In this document: positions 21,331 to 32,093 of the stretch, piece after piece | Position numbering within the stretch: the stretch's first letter is position 1 | Layout of the letters: every line of letters starts with the position of its first letter | Source of the DNA: Prochlorococcus sp. AG-679-M23 | GTDB lineage: Bacteria > Cyanobacteriota > Cyanobacteriia > PCC-6307 > Cyanobiaceae | Direction of reading: 5' to 3' | Length of the DNA: 64,000 bases | Assembly (NCBI GenBank): GCA_003208875.1 | Contig: QCUR01000005.1 | Span: 64,001 to 128,000 of the forward strand | The notes under the pieces: model-generated | What the model was told of the DNA's origin: nothing | Database searches by the model: none | The model's input: the letters and a program-made list of their open reading frames with translations, nothing else | Made by a program: the position numbers and the translations under genes

Positions 21331-21554
21331 AGTATTACTTGATTAATTAAAAGTTATCCTTAACTAATAATTTAATCAATTTAAATTCTCTGTTATCTAC
21401 ATATAATAATAAAAATCTATTAATTTCAACTTTATTTAAATAAATAAAATCATTTACTTATTTTTTTTACTTTTACAAATTACATAAAATTTATAAAGTA
21501 TTGATTAGTTAAAATTCTGATTGTTATTTTATATCTCTATCAATTAAAATAAAA

Positions 21555-21641
21555 CGGAGAGAGAGGGATTCGAACCCTCGATAAAGTTGCCCCTATACAG
21601 CATTTCCAGTGCTGCGCCTTCAACCACTCGGCCACCTCTCC
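21555..21641 (-). tRNA. tRNA-Ser(GGA), 87 nt, CCA not encoded
   Basis: Minus strand reads GGAGAGGTGGCCGAGTGGTTGAAGGCGCAGCACTGGAAATGCTGTATAGGGGCAACTTTATCGAGGGTTCGAATCCCTCTCTCTCCG. It has anticodon stem CAGCA/TGCTG with GGA, a long variable arm and a GTTCGAATC T-loop. Confidence 0.97.
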
Positions 21642-21690
21642 TAATATTTATATTTTACCCTTTTTATATACCATTATTGAGGAAAGTTAC

Positions 21691-22065
21691 TTGAAAAAGA
21701 CTTTTAAAGTCACTATTAGGAATAAAGAAACTGGTAAAGTATATCAGGAAAATATTAGTGATAAAGAATATATTTTAAAAGAATTTGAAAAAAAAGGTTT
21801 AAGACTTCCATTTTCCTGCAGGAATGGATGCTGTACAAGTTGTGCGGTAAAAATCATTTCGGGTAAGCTTGAACAACCAGAAGCAATGGGAGTATCCCAA
21901 GATTTAAAAGATAAGGGTTATGCTCTTCTTTGTGTTGCGAAAGTAATAGAAGATATTGAAGTCGAGACTACCTATTATGATGAGGTTTATGATTTACAAT
22001 TTGGCCAATATTTCGGTAAGGGGAAAACGAGGAAAGCTCCTCCCTGGGAATTTGAGGAAGATTAA
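21691..22065 (+). CDS. [2Fe-2S] ferredoxin with C-terminal extension (Fed2/FdC2 type)
   Basis: CRNGCCTSC...LLC cluster ligands; extension DEVYDLQFGQYF is typical of FdC2/Fed2. Confidence 0.88.
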   Translation: MKKTFKVTIRNKETGKVYQENISDKEYILKEFEKKGLRLPFSCRNGCCTSCAVKIISGKLEQPEAMGVSQDLKDKGYALLCVAKVIEDIEVETTYYDEVYDLQFGQYFGKGKTRKAPPWEFEED

Positions 22066-22070
22066 TTATT

Positions 22071-22919
22071 ATGTTTGAAATTCAAGAATTTAAAAAAATC
22101 AATTCAGAAATTGATTTAATTTTACTTACTAACATAGCTAAAGAGAGTGCTCTTATAGGTAATGAAATTCTAATTAAAAATTATAAAAAAATTCAAACAA
22201 TCACTTCAAAAGGGAGAAAAGGTGATTTAGTTACCAACGTAGATTTAGAAGTAGAAGAGAAAATCAAGGAGTACTTAACAAGTAAAACTCCCGAAATTTC
22301 TATTCATGCAGAAGAATCAGGAAAATTAATAAAGACTTCGGAATTAACTTGGTGCATTGATCCATTAGATGGAACAACTAACTATTCTCACGGTTATCCA
22401 TTCTTTGGAACTTCAATAGGTCTCTTATATAAAAATAATCCTATCTTAGGTGCTATATCAGTACCATATTTAAACGAACTTTATTCTGCATGCATAGGGA
22501 AAGGTTCATATTGCAATGATAAAAAACTGATGGTATCAGATGCTAATTCTCTTATCGATAGTCTCCTCGTAACAGGTTTTTCATATGATAGGTTTGATAC
22601 TGAAGATAATAATTATGCAGAATTTTGTTACTTAACACATAAAACTAGAGGAGTAAGGAGAGGAGGTGCAGCGGCTGTTGATTTAGCATTTGTTGCCTCA
22701 GGGAAAATAGATGGATATTGGGAAAGAGGTCTAGAAATATGGGATTTAGCTGCTGGTGCTATTATTGTTAAAGAAGCTGGTGGTTCCGTTTCTGATTACC
22801 CTAACGGTGAATTTAATCTTAGCTCTGGAAGAATATTGGCTTGCAGTCCTAGACTTGAAGAAGAGCTAAAAACGGAATTAAGCAAAGTAACTCCTCTAAA
22901 TAAACAACTTTACACTTAA
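22071..22919 (+). CDS. suhB: Inositol monophosphatase family protein (SuhB-like)
   Basis: WCIDPLDGTTNY and WDLAAG motifs. Confidence 0.88.
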   Translation: MFEIQEFKKINSEIDLILLTNIAKESALIGNEILIKNYKKIQTITSKGRKGDLVTNVDLEVEEKIKEYLTSKTPEISIHAEESGKLIKTSELTWCIDPLDGTTNYSHGYPFFGTSIGLLYKNNPILGAISVPYLNELYSACIGKGSYCNDKKLMVSDANSLIDSLLVTGFSYDRFDTEDNNYAEFCYLTHKTRGVRRGGAAAVDLAFVASGKIDGYWERGLEIWDLAAGAIIVKEAGGSVSDYPNGEFNLSSGRILACSPRLEEELKTELSKVTPLNKQLYT

Positions 22920-22940
22920 AAATGAAATTATCGTTTTAAA

Positions 22941-24092
22941 ATGAGTGATATTAAAGAATTTAATTTAATAGATGTAAGGAATAACTCCTCAATTGTTAAT
23001 GATTTAAATGATGTATATAAGTTGTGGGGTTATGAAGAAATTTCACCTTCATTTATTAATGATCTTGAGACAATCAAAGGTAGAGAAGTAATTGATGGGG
23101 ACGAACTTATTGGAATAGTAAGTAATAGTTCATTATGTTTAAGACCAGAAATGACTACATCAATTGTTAAATTAACATCCACAAGATTATTAAATAAGAA
23201 GAGACCAATAAGACTTTTTAATAGTGGTATTGTATTTAATAAAAAGCAAAGTTATAAAAATACTTTTAAATTTCAAGAAAATTTACAAAGCGGTATAGAA
23301 CTAATCAGTTATGACACTCAATACCCTGAGATAGAGGTGATTAATATATTATTTGATGCAATTGATAATATTAATTTAATTGAAAGTTGTAATCTAATTC
23401 TTCTTGTTAGTACAACAAAAATAATGGATTTAATATTATTCAATTATAAAAATAATAATTATGAGGAGATTAAAAAATGCATGGTAAATTTAGATCAAGA
23501 ATCATTAGATAAATTAAATATTGACAACAATGATAAAGCAATACTGAAGGAATTATTATTTACAAGAGGGGAACCTGCAATCATACTCAAAAAGCTTAAA
23601 AATGTTTATGGTAATAATAATGTTATTGAGGAACTTGACTGTTTATTTAATACTTTATCAAAAATTTCAAAAAAATATAATATAAAAATACAACTTGATC
23701 CTACTTATCAACCTCATCTTAATTTATATGCAGGTATAGTTTTTCAACTTATTTGCGATAATAAAAATGTTAAAACCATAATTGCAAAAGGTGGTAGATA
23801 TGACGAATTAGTAAGATATTTTAATCCTAATGAAAAAATAATTAATGGAATTGGATTCACAATCTCTATAGATAATTTAAGAGAATTGATAGTTGAAAAA
23901 TCTCAAACTAAAAAGAAAGTGTTGCTGTTATTTAAAGATTCTTATTTATTAGATAAAGGTATAAATGAGCAAAAAGCATTGCAAAAAAAAGGGATAATTA
24001 CAATATTATATTTGAATCCATGTAATGAAAATTCAAAAGCCAACATTCTTATGAAAGAACATAATTGTACTGAAATTCAATGGATTAAATAA
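22941..24092 (+). CDS. hisZ: ATP phosphoribosyltransferase regulatory subunit
   Basis: HisRS-like motifs LRPEMTTSI, QSGIELI, GGRYD and GIGF without a full synthetase architecture. Confidence 0.88.
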   Translation: MSDIKEFNLIDVRNNSSIVNDLNDVYKLWGYEEISPSFINDLETIKGREVIDGDELIGIVSNSSLCLRPEMTTSIVKLTSTRLLNKKRPIRLFNSGIVFNKKQSYKNTFKFQENLQSGIELISYDTQYPEIEVINILFDAIDNINLIESCNLILLVSTTKIMDLILFNYKNNNYEEIKKCMVNLDQESLDKLNIDNNDKAILKELLFTRGEPAIILKKLKNVYGNNNVIEELDCLFNTLSKISKKYNIKIQLDPTYQPHLNLYAGIVFQLICDNKNVKTIIAKGGRYDELVRYFNPNEKIINGIGFTISIDNLRELIVEKSQTKKKVLLLFKDSYLLDKGINEQKALQKKGIITILYLNPCNENSKANILMKEHNCTEIQWIK

Positions 24093-24238
24093 TTTTTCCC
24101 TTTGAGATTAATAAAAAAAAATGCAATTTGAATAAGCTACGACAATATAAATATATAGTACGGACAATACTCCTAATTAAACTTGATTACCCTTAAAATA
24201 GGAAATAAAATCTAATAGTTCAAAAAAAAGAAATTAAA

Positions 24239-26143
24239 ATGGAAAAAGGCGAAATTAGAATAAATACCGAAAATATTTTTCCAATAATAAAAAAAGCTGT
24301 ATATTCTGATCACGAAATTTTTTTAAGAGAACTCGTTAGTAATGCTGTAGATGCAATTAGTAAAAGAAGAATGGCCTCAATGGCTGGAGATTGTGAAAAT
24401 TGTGATGAACCTCAAGTAAAAATTACTATTGATAGGGAAAAAAATATCTTAAAAATTTCTGATAATGGTATTGGAATGAATGATGAAGAAATAAAAAAAT
24501 ATATAAACCAAGTTGCTTTTTCTAGTGCTGAAGAGTTTCTAACTAAATATAAAAAAGATAATGACGAATTTATAGGACATTTTGGATTGGGTTTTTATTC
24601 TAGTTTTATGGTCGCAGATAAAGTCAATATTTTAACTAAATCAGCCATAGGTAATAGTAAAACTTTTAATTGGTCATGTGATGGCTCACCTAACTTCACA
24701 TTAGAAGAATCTGAAAGAGATTCAGTCGGAACAGATGTAATCCTTCATTTAATGGATGAAGAAAAAGAATTTATAGAACCAGAGAGAATTAAATCGCTTA
24801 TTAAAAAATATTGTGACTTTATGCCTATAGATGTTCTATTAGAGGGTGAAACAATTAATAAGAAAAATCCTCCATGGAGAAAACAACCTAGTGAACTAAA
24901 GGATGAAGATTATATTGAACTATATAAATATTTATATCCTTTTCAAGGAGATCCTCTTTTATGGATTCATTTAAACACAGATTATCCATACGACATTCAA
25001 GGTATTTTGTATTTTCCTAAATTATCTGGAAGAGCCGATTGGGAAAAAGGCGAAATAAAACTATTTTGCAACCAAGTATTTGTAAGTGACTCAATAAAGG
25101 AAATTGTACCTAAATATCTATTACCCTTGAGAGGTGTAATTGACTCTACAGATATACCATTAAATGTAAGTAGAAGTGCATTGCAAACTGATAGAAAAGT
25201 CAGATCAATTTCATCATTCATTTCCAAAAAAATTGCTAATAAGTTAAAAGATTTATTAAAAAATACTCCTGAATTTTATACAGAGATTTGGGATTCAATA
25301 TCTGCCTTTATTAAGATTGGTGCTATCGAAGACGAAAAGTTTGCTGAACTTGTAGAAAATAGTATTATTTTTGAAACAATTATAAATTCTGATAAGGACG
25401 TAAAAAAATATCTCGACGATAAATCTCTTATAAAATCTAAAGAAAAGTTTTACACAACATTATCAAATTATAAGGAGAGAAATAACATAGTCGATTCCAA
25501 AAAAATTATTTATTGTTCTGATGTAATTGGTCAATCTAGTGCTTTAAATATTTGTTTATCTGACAACAAAGAAGTAATCAAATCTGATCCTTTAATAGAT
25601 GCACAATTTCTTCCATGGATAGAAAGTAAAAATGAAAATTATCAATTTCAAAGAGTTGATTCTGAAATAAATGAGCTTGAAGATAAAGAATCAAAAGAAA
25701 TAGTTGATAAAGATGGCAAATCAAACACAGATAATCTAAAGGATATTATTTCTAAAGCTTTAAATAACGATAAAGTAACAGTAAAAGTTCAATCTCTTAA
25801 AAGTAAAGATGCTCCTCCAGCAATGATATTGTTACCTGAACAAATGAGAAGAATAAACGATATGGGGGCATATATGGAACAAAAAATGCCTGGTTTACCT
25901 GAATATCATGTCCTATTAATAAATAAAGAACATCCACTCATTGCAGGATTAAATAAAATAACTGGTAATAAAATTATTCTTGATAAAAACGACCCAGTTG
26001 AAAATCCATTAGCATCAAAAATTGCTAATCATGTTTATGACATGGCGAAATTAAGTGTAGGAGGATTAGATCAAGAACAAATTATAAATTTGCAAAATAA
26101 TAATGCCGATTTAATTTCAGATTTACTTAAAACATCAACATAA
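24239..26143 (+). CDS. htpG: Hsp90 chaperone HtpG
   Basis: FLRELVSNAVDA, DNGIGM, IGHFGLGFYS and PLNVSRS motifs. Confidence 0.97.
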   Translation: MEKGEIRINTENIFPIIKKAVYSDHEIFLRELVSNAVDAISKRRMASMAGDCENCDEPQVKITIDREKNILKISDNGIGMNDEEIKKYINQVAFSSAEEFLTKYKKDNDEFIGHFGLGFYSSFMVADKVNILTKSAIGNSKTFNWSCDGSPNFTLEESERDSVGTDVILHLMDEEKEFIEPERIKSLIKKYCDFMPIDVLLEGETINKKNPPWRKQPSELKDEDYIELYKYLYPFQGDPLLWIHLNTDYPYDIQGILYFPKLSGRADWEKGEIKLFCNQVFVSDSIKEIVPKYLLPLRGVIDSTDIPLNVSRSALQTDRKVRSISSFISKKIANKLKDLLKNTPEFYTEIWDSISAFIKIGAIEDEKFAELVENSIIFETIINSDKDVKKYLDDKSLIKSKEKFYTTLSNYKERNNIVDSKKIIYCSDVIGQSSALNICLSDNKEVIKSDPLIDAQFLPWIESKNENYQFQRVDSEINELEDKESKEIVDKDGKSNTDNLKDIISKALNNDKVTVKVQSLKSKDAPPAMILLPEQMRRINDMGAYMEQKMPGLPEYHVLLINKEHPLIAGLNKITGNKIILDKNDPVENPLASKIANHVYDMAKLSVGGLDQEQIINLQNNNADLISDLLKTST

Positions 26144-26182
26144 GTAGTGTGTTAGAGTTGATGCATATATTCACTAAATGAT

Positions 26183-26419
26183 ATGTCTAGGGTTTGTGAG
26201 CTGACAGGCGCAAAAGCTAATAATGGAATGGCTGTTAGTCATTCGCATATACGTACTAAGAAATTACAACAAGTAAATCTTCAAAAAAGGAGGCTTTGGT
26301 GGCAAGAAGGTAAAAAGTGGGTAAACATAAAAATTAGTACTAAGGCATTAAAATCAATACAAAAGGTTGGTTTAGATAAGGTTGCCAAAACAAATGGAGT
26401 GGATCTAAATAAGTTCTGA
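26183..26419 (+). CDS. rpmB: 50S ribosomal protein L28
   Basis: MSRVCELTG...[17 protein letters not shown]. Confidence 0.97.
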
Positions 26420-26424
26420 TTTTG

Positions 26425-26958
26425 ATGAAGAGTTTATTTGGCCTTTTTGTAATATTAATATCATTATTATTTAATCTTAAATCTGCAATTGCTTTTGATT
26501 ATGCTCCCGAGATAGGAGATTTAGCTCCTAGTTTCAATTTAGAGGGAATAAACAAAAGTATTAAATCGAAAAAAATATGGGATTCGAATGAATTAAAAGG
26601 TAAATGGATAGTTTTGTATTTTTATCCTAAGGACTTTACTGCTGGTTGTACTCTAGAAGCAAAAGGATTTTCTCAATTAAAAAAAGACTTTTCTAAATAT
26701 AATGCTGAAATAATTGGAATAAGTGCGGACAATCAAGATTCTCACGACAGTTTTTGCAGTGAAAAATCAATAAATTACACATTATTATCTGACCCCAATG
26801 GAACTATTAGTGCAAAATATGGTTCCTGGATCCCTCCTTATTCCGATAGAAATACTTTTTTGATATCACCAGAAGGAGCAATAGCATACCGATGGATAAG
26901 TGTATTACCCATAAATCATGCTAAAGAAGTTCTTAATGTTTTAAAGAAAAATATATAG
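26425..26958 (+). CDS. Peroxiredoxin, BCP/PrxQ subfamily, with N-terminal signal peptide
   Basis: FYPKDFTAGCTLEA (PxxxTxxC) active site; hydrophobic N-terminus ending in AIA. Confidence 0.88.
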   Translation: MKSLFGLFVILISLLFNLKSAIAFDYAPEIGDLAPSFNLEGINKSIKSKKIWDSNELKGKWIVLYFYPKDFTAGCTLEAKGFSQLKKDFSKYNAEIIGISADNQDSHDSFCSEKSINYTLLSDPNGTISAKYGSWIPPYSDRNTFLISPEGAIAYRWISVLPINHAKEVLNVLKKNI

Positions 26959-26963
26959 ATACT

Positions 26964-27266
26964 TTGCACGAACTTTCATTTAGTACATGGTTAATTCATA
27001 TCAGCTCAGTAATAGAGTGGATTTATGCAATTTTTATAATAAACAAAATAAGTAACTTTAAAAAACTAGAGCTTTATTACTGGTTAAGTCTCGCAATGAT
27101 ACCTAATTTAATTGGAGCCATGTGTGCAATTACTTGGCATATTTTTGATAATCAACCAGAATTATATGGGTTAGTTACACTTCAAGGGATTTTCACTTTT
27201 CTAGGGAACTCAACATTAGCAATAGCAACTATTGCAATTTATAAGAGAAAAGTGTCCTATGAATGA
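26964..27266 (+). CDS. Ycf49-like / DUF2499 membrane protein
   Basis: LSFSTWLIHISSVIEW, GAMCAITWH and LVTLQ patterns. Confidence 0.75.
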   Translation: MHELSFSTWLIHISSVIEWIYAIFIINKISNFKKLELYYWLSLAMIPNLIGAMCAITWHIFDNQPELYGLVTLQGIFTFLGNSTLAIATIAIYKRKVSYE

Positions 27267-27594
27267 TTTTTTTTTAAGATTTCTAAATTTCTTATCAAGA
27301 TTTGATAATACAGCCTTATTTGCAGCATCTATAATTCCATATTCGATTTTCTTATATTATTTGTACAAGATGAAGTCATTAAATAAATTAATCAAAATTG
27401 GGTTTTCTTTGACTGTATTATTTGTATTTATAACAATAGTAATTTCAATATTTTCTCTTAGTTACTATCACAGAAATCTTGTAGAAGTTGACTTTCTTCA
27501 TGGATCAGCAGAATTTTTCTTAACCTTAAGCGATTTTGTTATTTTACTTGGCTTTATAAAAATGTTAAATCGTCTAGAAGTAAATAACTCTTAA
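27259..27594 (+). CDS. DUF3593-like membrane protein
   Basis: LFAASIIPYSIFLYYL, GFSLTVLFV and VDFLHGSAEFFLTLS patterns; usual partner of DUF2499. Confidence 0.7.
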   Translation: MNDFFLRFLNFLSRFDNTALFAASIIPYSIFLYYLYKMKSLNKLIKIGFSLTVLFVFITIVISIFSLSYYHRNLVEVDFLHGSAEFFLTLSDFVILLGFIKMLNRLEVNNS

Positions 27595-27659
27595 GACCTT
27601 TTACAATTATGTGATTTATTGCTCGAAATAAAGGAGAATATAAAAAATAACGTTTTTTT

Positions 27660-27923
27660 ATGCTTACTACATTATTTGCAGCAGCGGCTGCTCCCGCAAC
27701 ATTTGAATGGTCACCAAAATGCGCCATTGTAATGATTGTATGTAATGTTTTTGCTTATGCAATTGCAAGAGCCACAATAAGAAAACCTAATGAAGGTTTT
27801 GAAATTCCTAATTCACAATTCTTTGGTGGTTTAAGTCATGCTTCTGTCGTAGGAGCTAATTGCTTAGGACATATCTTCGGAATAGGTGCAATTCTAGGAT
27901 TAGCATCTAGAGGTGTTTTGTAA
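27660..27923 (+). CDS. psaK: Photosystem I reaction centre subunit PsaK
   Basis: WSPKCAIVMIVCN and GHIFGIGAILGL patterns; two TM helices. Confidence 0.92.
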   Translation: MLTTLFAAAAAPATFEWSPKCAIVMIVCNVFAYAIARATIRKPNEGFEIPNSQFFGGLSHASVVGANCLGHIFGIGAILGLASRGVL

Positions 27924-27948
27924 AATTATTTCACAGTAATTTTAGAAT

Positions 27949-29838
27949 TTAATTTGATAAATTAAATTTGTTAATAATTTTTTCTGCCATCTGATCAGGT
28001 TTAAGTCCTAATTTTTCTTTACTCTGGTCAGGTGATGCATGATCTACAAGTACATCAGGAATACCAATTCTTAAAACTGGTACATTTATTTCATTGTCGT
28101 TTAACATTTCAACAATAGCCGAGCCAAAACCCCCAACTAATGTACCTTCTTCCATTGTTACTACCTTTTTAATTTTATTTACTAGCGGTATTATTAAATC
28201 TTGATCAAGAGGTCTAACAAATCTTGCATTAACAATACAAGCACTAATACCTCTGTTCTTTAGTAAGTTTGCAGTTTCAGTAGCGGCTTGAACCATTGAA
28301 CCATAAGCAATAATTAAAACATCATCACCATCTTCTAATATTTCACCTTCACCAATCTTCAATGGCTCCCATCCCTCATCCATTACTGCCACACCTAATC
28401 CTGAACCTCTTGGAATGCGAAGTGCTGTTGGTCCCTTGTGATTAATAGATGTAATTAACATTCTTTGTAGTTCAGCTTCATCTTTAGGAGCCATTAAAAC
28501 AAAATTAGGAATCGCTCTCATATAGCTAATATCATATTGCCCCTGATGAGTTGGACCATCGGCACCAACAATTCCTGCTCTATCTAAAACAAAAGATACA
28601 GGTAGATTCTGAATACCTACATCATGTATTAGCTGATCAAAAGCGCGCTGCAAAAATGTACTGTAAATAGCAACAACAGGTTTAAGACCATCACAAGACA
28701 TTCCAGCTGCTAATGTAACTGCATGTTGTTCAGCTATTCCTACATCAATATATTGTTCTGGAATATTTTTTTGTAATAAATCTAGTCCAGTTCCAGTAGC
28801 CATTGCTGCTGTAATGCCTATAACTTTACTATCTTGCTCGCAAATTTTTAAAAGCGTTTGACCAAATATTTTACTATAACTAACTGGTTTGGGCTTACTT
28901 GAAGGAATTGATTTACCAGTCGTAAGATCAAAAGATGATTGGGCGTGATAACCCACTTGATCTGCTTCTGCATATGGATATCCCTTGCCTTTAGTTGTAA
29001 CAACATGAACCATAACAGGTTTTTTAAGTCTATGCGCAGCATTGAATGTATTTATAAGATTAGAAATATCATGTCCATCAATTGGTCCCATATAGGTAAA
29101 ACCAAGCTCTTCAAAAACTGCTCCTACCTTTGGTACAGCTAAACGTCTAACACTTCCTTTTATATTTTTTAAATCTTCAGGTATATCTCTACCTATGAGA
29201 GGAATATTTTTTACACTTTCTTGAACACTATCTGATAAAAATTGTAATGGTGGACTTAATCGCACTCTATTTAAATATGTTGAAAGAGCTCCAACAGGTG
29301 GCGATATTGACATGTCATTATCATTCAGAACAACAACTAAGGGAGTATGTGGTAAATGTCCCGCATGATTTATCGCTTCTAAAGCCATTCCACCCGTTAA
29401 TGCTCCATCACCTATAACTGCAACGCATTTATAATCCTCCCCTTTTCTATCTCTGGCAATTGCCATTCCCAGCGCAGCTGATATTGATGTACTTGCGTGA
29501 CCTGCTCCAAAATGATCAAATATACTTTCAGTACGTTTTAGATAACCAGCTATGCCCTTTTGTTGACGTAAAGAATCAAACTCATTGAAACGTCCAGTAA
29601 TTAACTTATGAGGATAAGCCTGATGACCAACGTCCCATACAACCTTATCAAAATCAAGATCTAATGTTTGATATAAAGCAAGTGTTAATTCAACTACCCC
29701 TAGTCCAGGACCTAGATGACCTCCACTTGTTGAAACTACCTCCAAATGTCTCTCTCTAATCTGACAAGCAATTTCCTCTAATTGTGATACCGTTAAACCA
29801 TGTAATTGATTTGGATGGCTTAACTCACTTAAAAGCAT
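27949..29838 (-). CDS. dxs: 1-deoxy-D-xylulose-5-phosphate synthase
   Basis: [27 protein letters not shown] (TPP motif) and DRAG. Confidence 0.98.
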   Translation of the reverse strand: MLLSELSHPNQLHGLTVSQLEEIACQIRERHLEVVSTSGGHLGPGLGVVELTLALYQTLDLDFDKVVWDVGHQAYPHKLITGRFNEFDSLRQQKGIAGYLKRTESIFDHFGAGHASTSISAALGMAIARDRKGEDYKCVAVIGDGALTGGMALEAINHAGHLPHTPLVVVLNDNDMSISPPVGALSTYLNRVRLSPPLQFLSDSVQESVKNIPLIGRDIPEDLKNIKGSVRRLAVPKVGAVFEELGFTYMGPIDGHDISNLINTFNAAHRLKKPVMVHVVTTKGKGYPYAEADQVGYHAQSSFDLTTGKSIPSSKPKPVSYSKIFGQTLLKICEQDSKVIGITAAMATGTGLDLLQKNIPEQYIDVGIAEQHAVTLAAGMSCDGLKPVVAIYSTFLQRAFDQLIHDVGIQNLPVSFVLDRAGIVGADGPTHQGQYDISYMRAIPNFVLMAPKDEAELQRMLITSINHKGPTALRIPRGSGLGVAVMDEGWEPLKIGEGEILEDGDDVLIIAYGSMVQAATETANLLKNRGISACIVNARFVRPLDQDLIIPLVNKIKKVVTMEEGTLVGGFGSAIVEMLNDNEINVPVLRIGIPDVLVDHASPDQSKEKLGLKPDQMAEKIINKFNLSN

Positions 29839-29954
29839 TATTTAAAAATATTTACTTATCTAATCTAAAACGTTAAGGTGCAAATTGAGTAATTTTTTTG
29901 AAATAGATTATGTAATGTTTTATTAGATTAATATTTAATGCTAAAAATATAAAT

Positions 29955-31496
29955 ATGGAAGATTATTTAAAAAAAATACTTCAGGCTAAAGTCTATGAAG
30001 TAGCTAAAAAAACACCTTTAGATAAAGCAAATAATTTAAGTAAAGCACTTAAAAATAATATTTATTTGAAAAGAGAAGATCTTCAAGATGTATTTTCTTT
30101 TAAGATAAGAGGTGCCTTTAATAAAATGAGGCAAATTCCACAATCACAACTAACTAATGGAGTTATAACGTCAAGTGCTGGTAATCACGCTCAGGGGGTC
30201 GCACTAAGTGCATTGAAATTAAATTGTAACGCAACTATATTAATGCCAATAACTACACCATTAGTAAAAGTAAATGCTGTAAGAAATCTAAAAGCAACTG
30301 TTATATTATTTGGTGATAATTATGATGAAACCTATAAAGAGGCAATACGCCTTAGTGAAGAAAATAATTTATGTTTTATTCATCCATTCGATGATCCTGA
30401 CGTAATAGCTGGCCAAGGGACAATCGCCATTGAACTAGAAAAACAAGTAAATGAACCACCTGAAGCAATATATGTTGCGGTTGGAGGAGGAGGTTTAATA
30501 GCTGGTATTTCTATATACATAAAAAAAATTTGGCCGCAAGTAAAAATAATTGGTGTAGAGCCTGAAGATGCTGATGCGATGACTAAATCCCTAAAAAATT
30601 CAAAATTAATAGAACTAGCATCAGTTGGTCAGTTTGCTGATGGCGTAGCAGTAAAAAAAGTTGGAGAAAAAACCTTTGAAATCGGAAGAAAATATATCGA
30701 CAAAATGATAACTGTAAATACTGATGAAATATGTGCCGCTATTAAGGATGTTTTTGAAGATACCAGATCAATCCTAGAACCAGCTGGAGCTCTATCTATT
30801 GCAGGAATGAAAAAGGATATTTACGAATCAAAATATGCAAATAAAAATATGATTGCCATCGCATGTGGGGCAAATATGAATTTCGAAAGACTACGATTTG
30901 TAGCAGAAAGATCTGCACTTGGAGAGTACAAAGAAGCAATGTTTGCTGTTGAAATACCAGAAAAAGCAGGTAGCTTAATTAATTTCTGTAGTTTGCTAAA
31001 TAATAGAAATTTAACGGAATTTAGCTATAGGATGTCTAATTCAGTTAATGCTCAAATATTTGTAGGGATCGAGGTTAATGGAGTAATTGATAAAGAAGAA
31101 CTTTTACAAGAATTCAGGAAATCAAATTATCCTTTTATAGATATAAGTAATGATGAATTATCTAAAAATCATCTAAGACATATGGTAGGTGGTCGTTTGC
31201 CTCAAAAATTTACTGAATTAGAAAAATTAAAATATGTCGAATTGCTGTATAGATTTGAGTTTCCAGAAAGACCAGGAGCTTTAATAAATTTTCTAAAAAA
31301 TATGAAATCAAATTGGACAATAAGCATCTTTCACTATAGAAATCATGGTTCTGATGTAGGAAAAATTGTTATAGGAGTATTAATAGATAATGCTGAAATT
31401 AATGACTGGAATAAATTTGTTGCATTCTTAGGATATAAATACTGGGATGAAACTAATAATCAAACATATAAATTATTCCTTGGTGCATCTGATTAA
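29955..31496 (+). CDS. ilvA: Threonine ammonia-lyase, biosynthetic
   Basis: KREDLQDVFSFKIRGA, SAGNHAQG and VGGGGL motifs; two C-terminal regulatory domains (IPEKAG, FPERPG). Confidence 0.96.
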   Translation: MEDYLKKILQAKVYEVAKKTPLDKANNLSKALKNNIYLKREDLQDVFSFKIRGAFNKMRQIPQSQLTNGVITSSAGNHAQGVALSALKLNCNATILMPITTPLVKVNAVRNLKATVILFGDNYDETYKEAIRLSEENNLCFIHPFDDPDVIAGQGTIAIELEKQVNEPPEAIYVAVGGGGLIAGISIYIKKIWPQVKIIGVEPEDADAMTKSLKNSKLIELASVGQFADGVAVKKVGEKTFEIGRKYIDKMITVNTDEICAAIKDVFEDTRSILEPAGALSIAGMKKDIYESKYANKNMIAIACGANMNFERLRFVAERSALGEYKEAMFAVEIPEKAGSLINFCSLLNNRNLTEFSYRMSNSVNAQIFVGIEVNGVIDKEELLQEFRKSNYPFIDISNDELSKNHLRHMVGGRLPQKFTELEKLKYVELLYRFEFPERPGALINFLKNMKSNWTISIFHYRNHGSDVGKIVIGVLIDNAEINDWNKFVAFLGYKYWDETNNQTYKLFLGASD

Positions 31497-31579
31497 AAAT
31501 AAGGTAACTTGGAAAAGAGTTAGGTAATAAAAAAATTAATCAAGCTGATCTAATTACTAAAAAATTAACCGATATAAGT

Positions 31580-32062
31580 TTGGTTACAAGAGTTGAGGCT
31601 GTTCTGTATCTTAAAGGTAGACCAATATCAAAAAAGAATCTTTCAGAAATTACTAATGCGGATATTAAATCTATTGACAAGGCATTAAGAGAATTAAAGG
31701 AAAAATACTCAAACACAAAATCTGCTATAGAATTAAATGAAATTAATAGTTGTTATTGCCTAGAGTTAAAATCAATTCTAAATGAATTTGTAGAGGATTT
31801 ATTACCATCTGAATTAAGAACATCAGAATTAAGGACACTTGCAACAATTGCAATTAAGAAAAAAATATTGCAATCAGATCTTATAGTTTTAAGAGGGTCA
31901 GGAGCCTACGACCATATAAAAGAATTAACAAATAAAAATTTTATTATTAAACGTAAGCAAAAAGATGGGAGATCTTATTGGCTATCATTATCTGAAAAAT
32001 TTTTTCAAACTTTTGCTGTAAGCAATGAATATTTATCGCAAATAGGCGGCAATAAAAAGTAA
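31580..32062 (+). CDS. scpB: SMC-Scp complex subunit ScpB
   Basis: VEAVLY, LRTLATIA, LRG..AYDHI and EKFFQTF patterns. Confidence 0.85.
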   Translation: MVTRVEAVLYLKGRPISKKNLSEITNADIKSIDKALRELKEKYSNTKSAIELNEINSCYCLELKSILNEFVEDLLPSELRTSELRTLATIAIKKKILQSDLIVLRGSGAYDHIKELTNKNFIIKRKQKDGRSYWLSLSEKFFQTFAVSNEYLSQIGGNKK

Positions 32063-32093
32063 ATGTTAGAATTAACCAAACTACTACAAAATA

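Noticed and set aside
21555..21690. Genomic island at tRNA-Ser
   Set aside because: Core genes lie on both sides, and I saw no integrase or tRNA-end duplication.
24157..24171. AGTACGGACAATACT quasi-palindrome upstream of htpG (LexA-, NtcA- or K-box-like)
   Set aside because: The spacing fits neither LexA (N4) nor NtcA (GTA-N7-TAC here instead of N8), and the K-box match is poor, so it cannot be supported.
27590..27625. Possible HLR1 (RpaB) site upstream of psaK (TTTACAAT)
   Set aside because: Only one good half-site is present; the partner repeat at 10-bp spacing is too degenerate.
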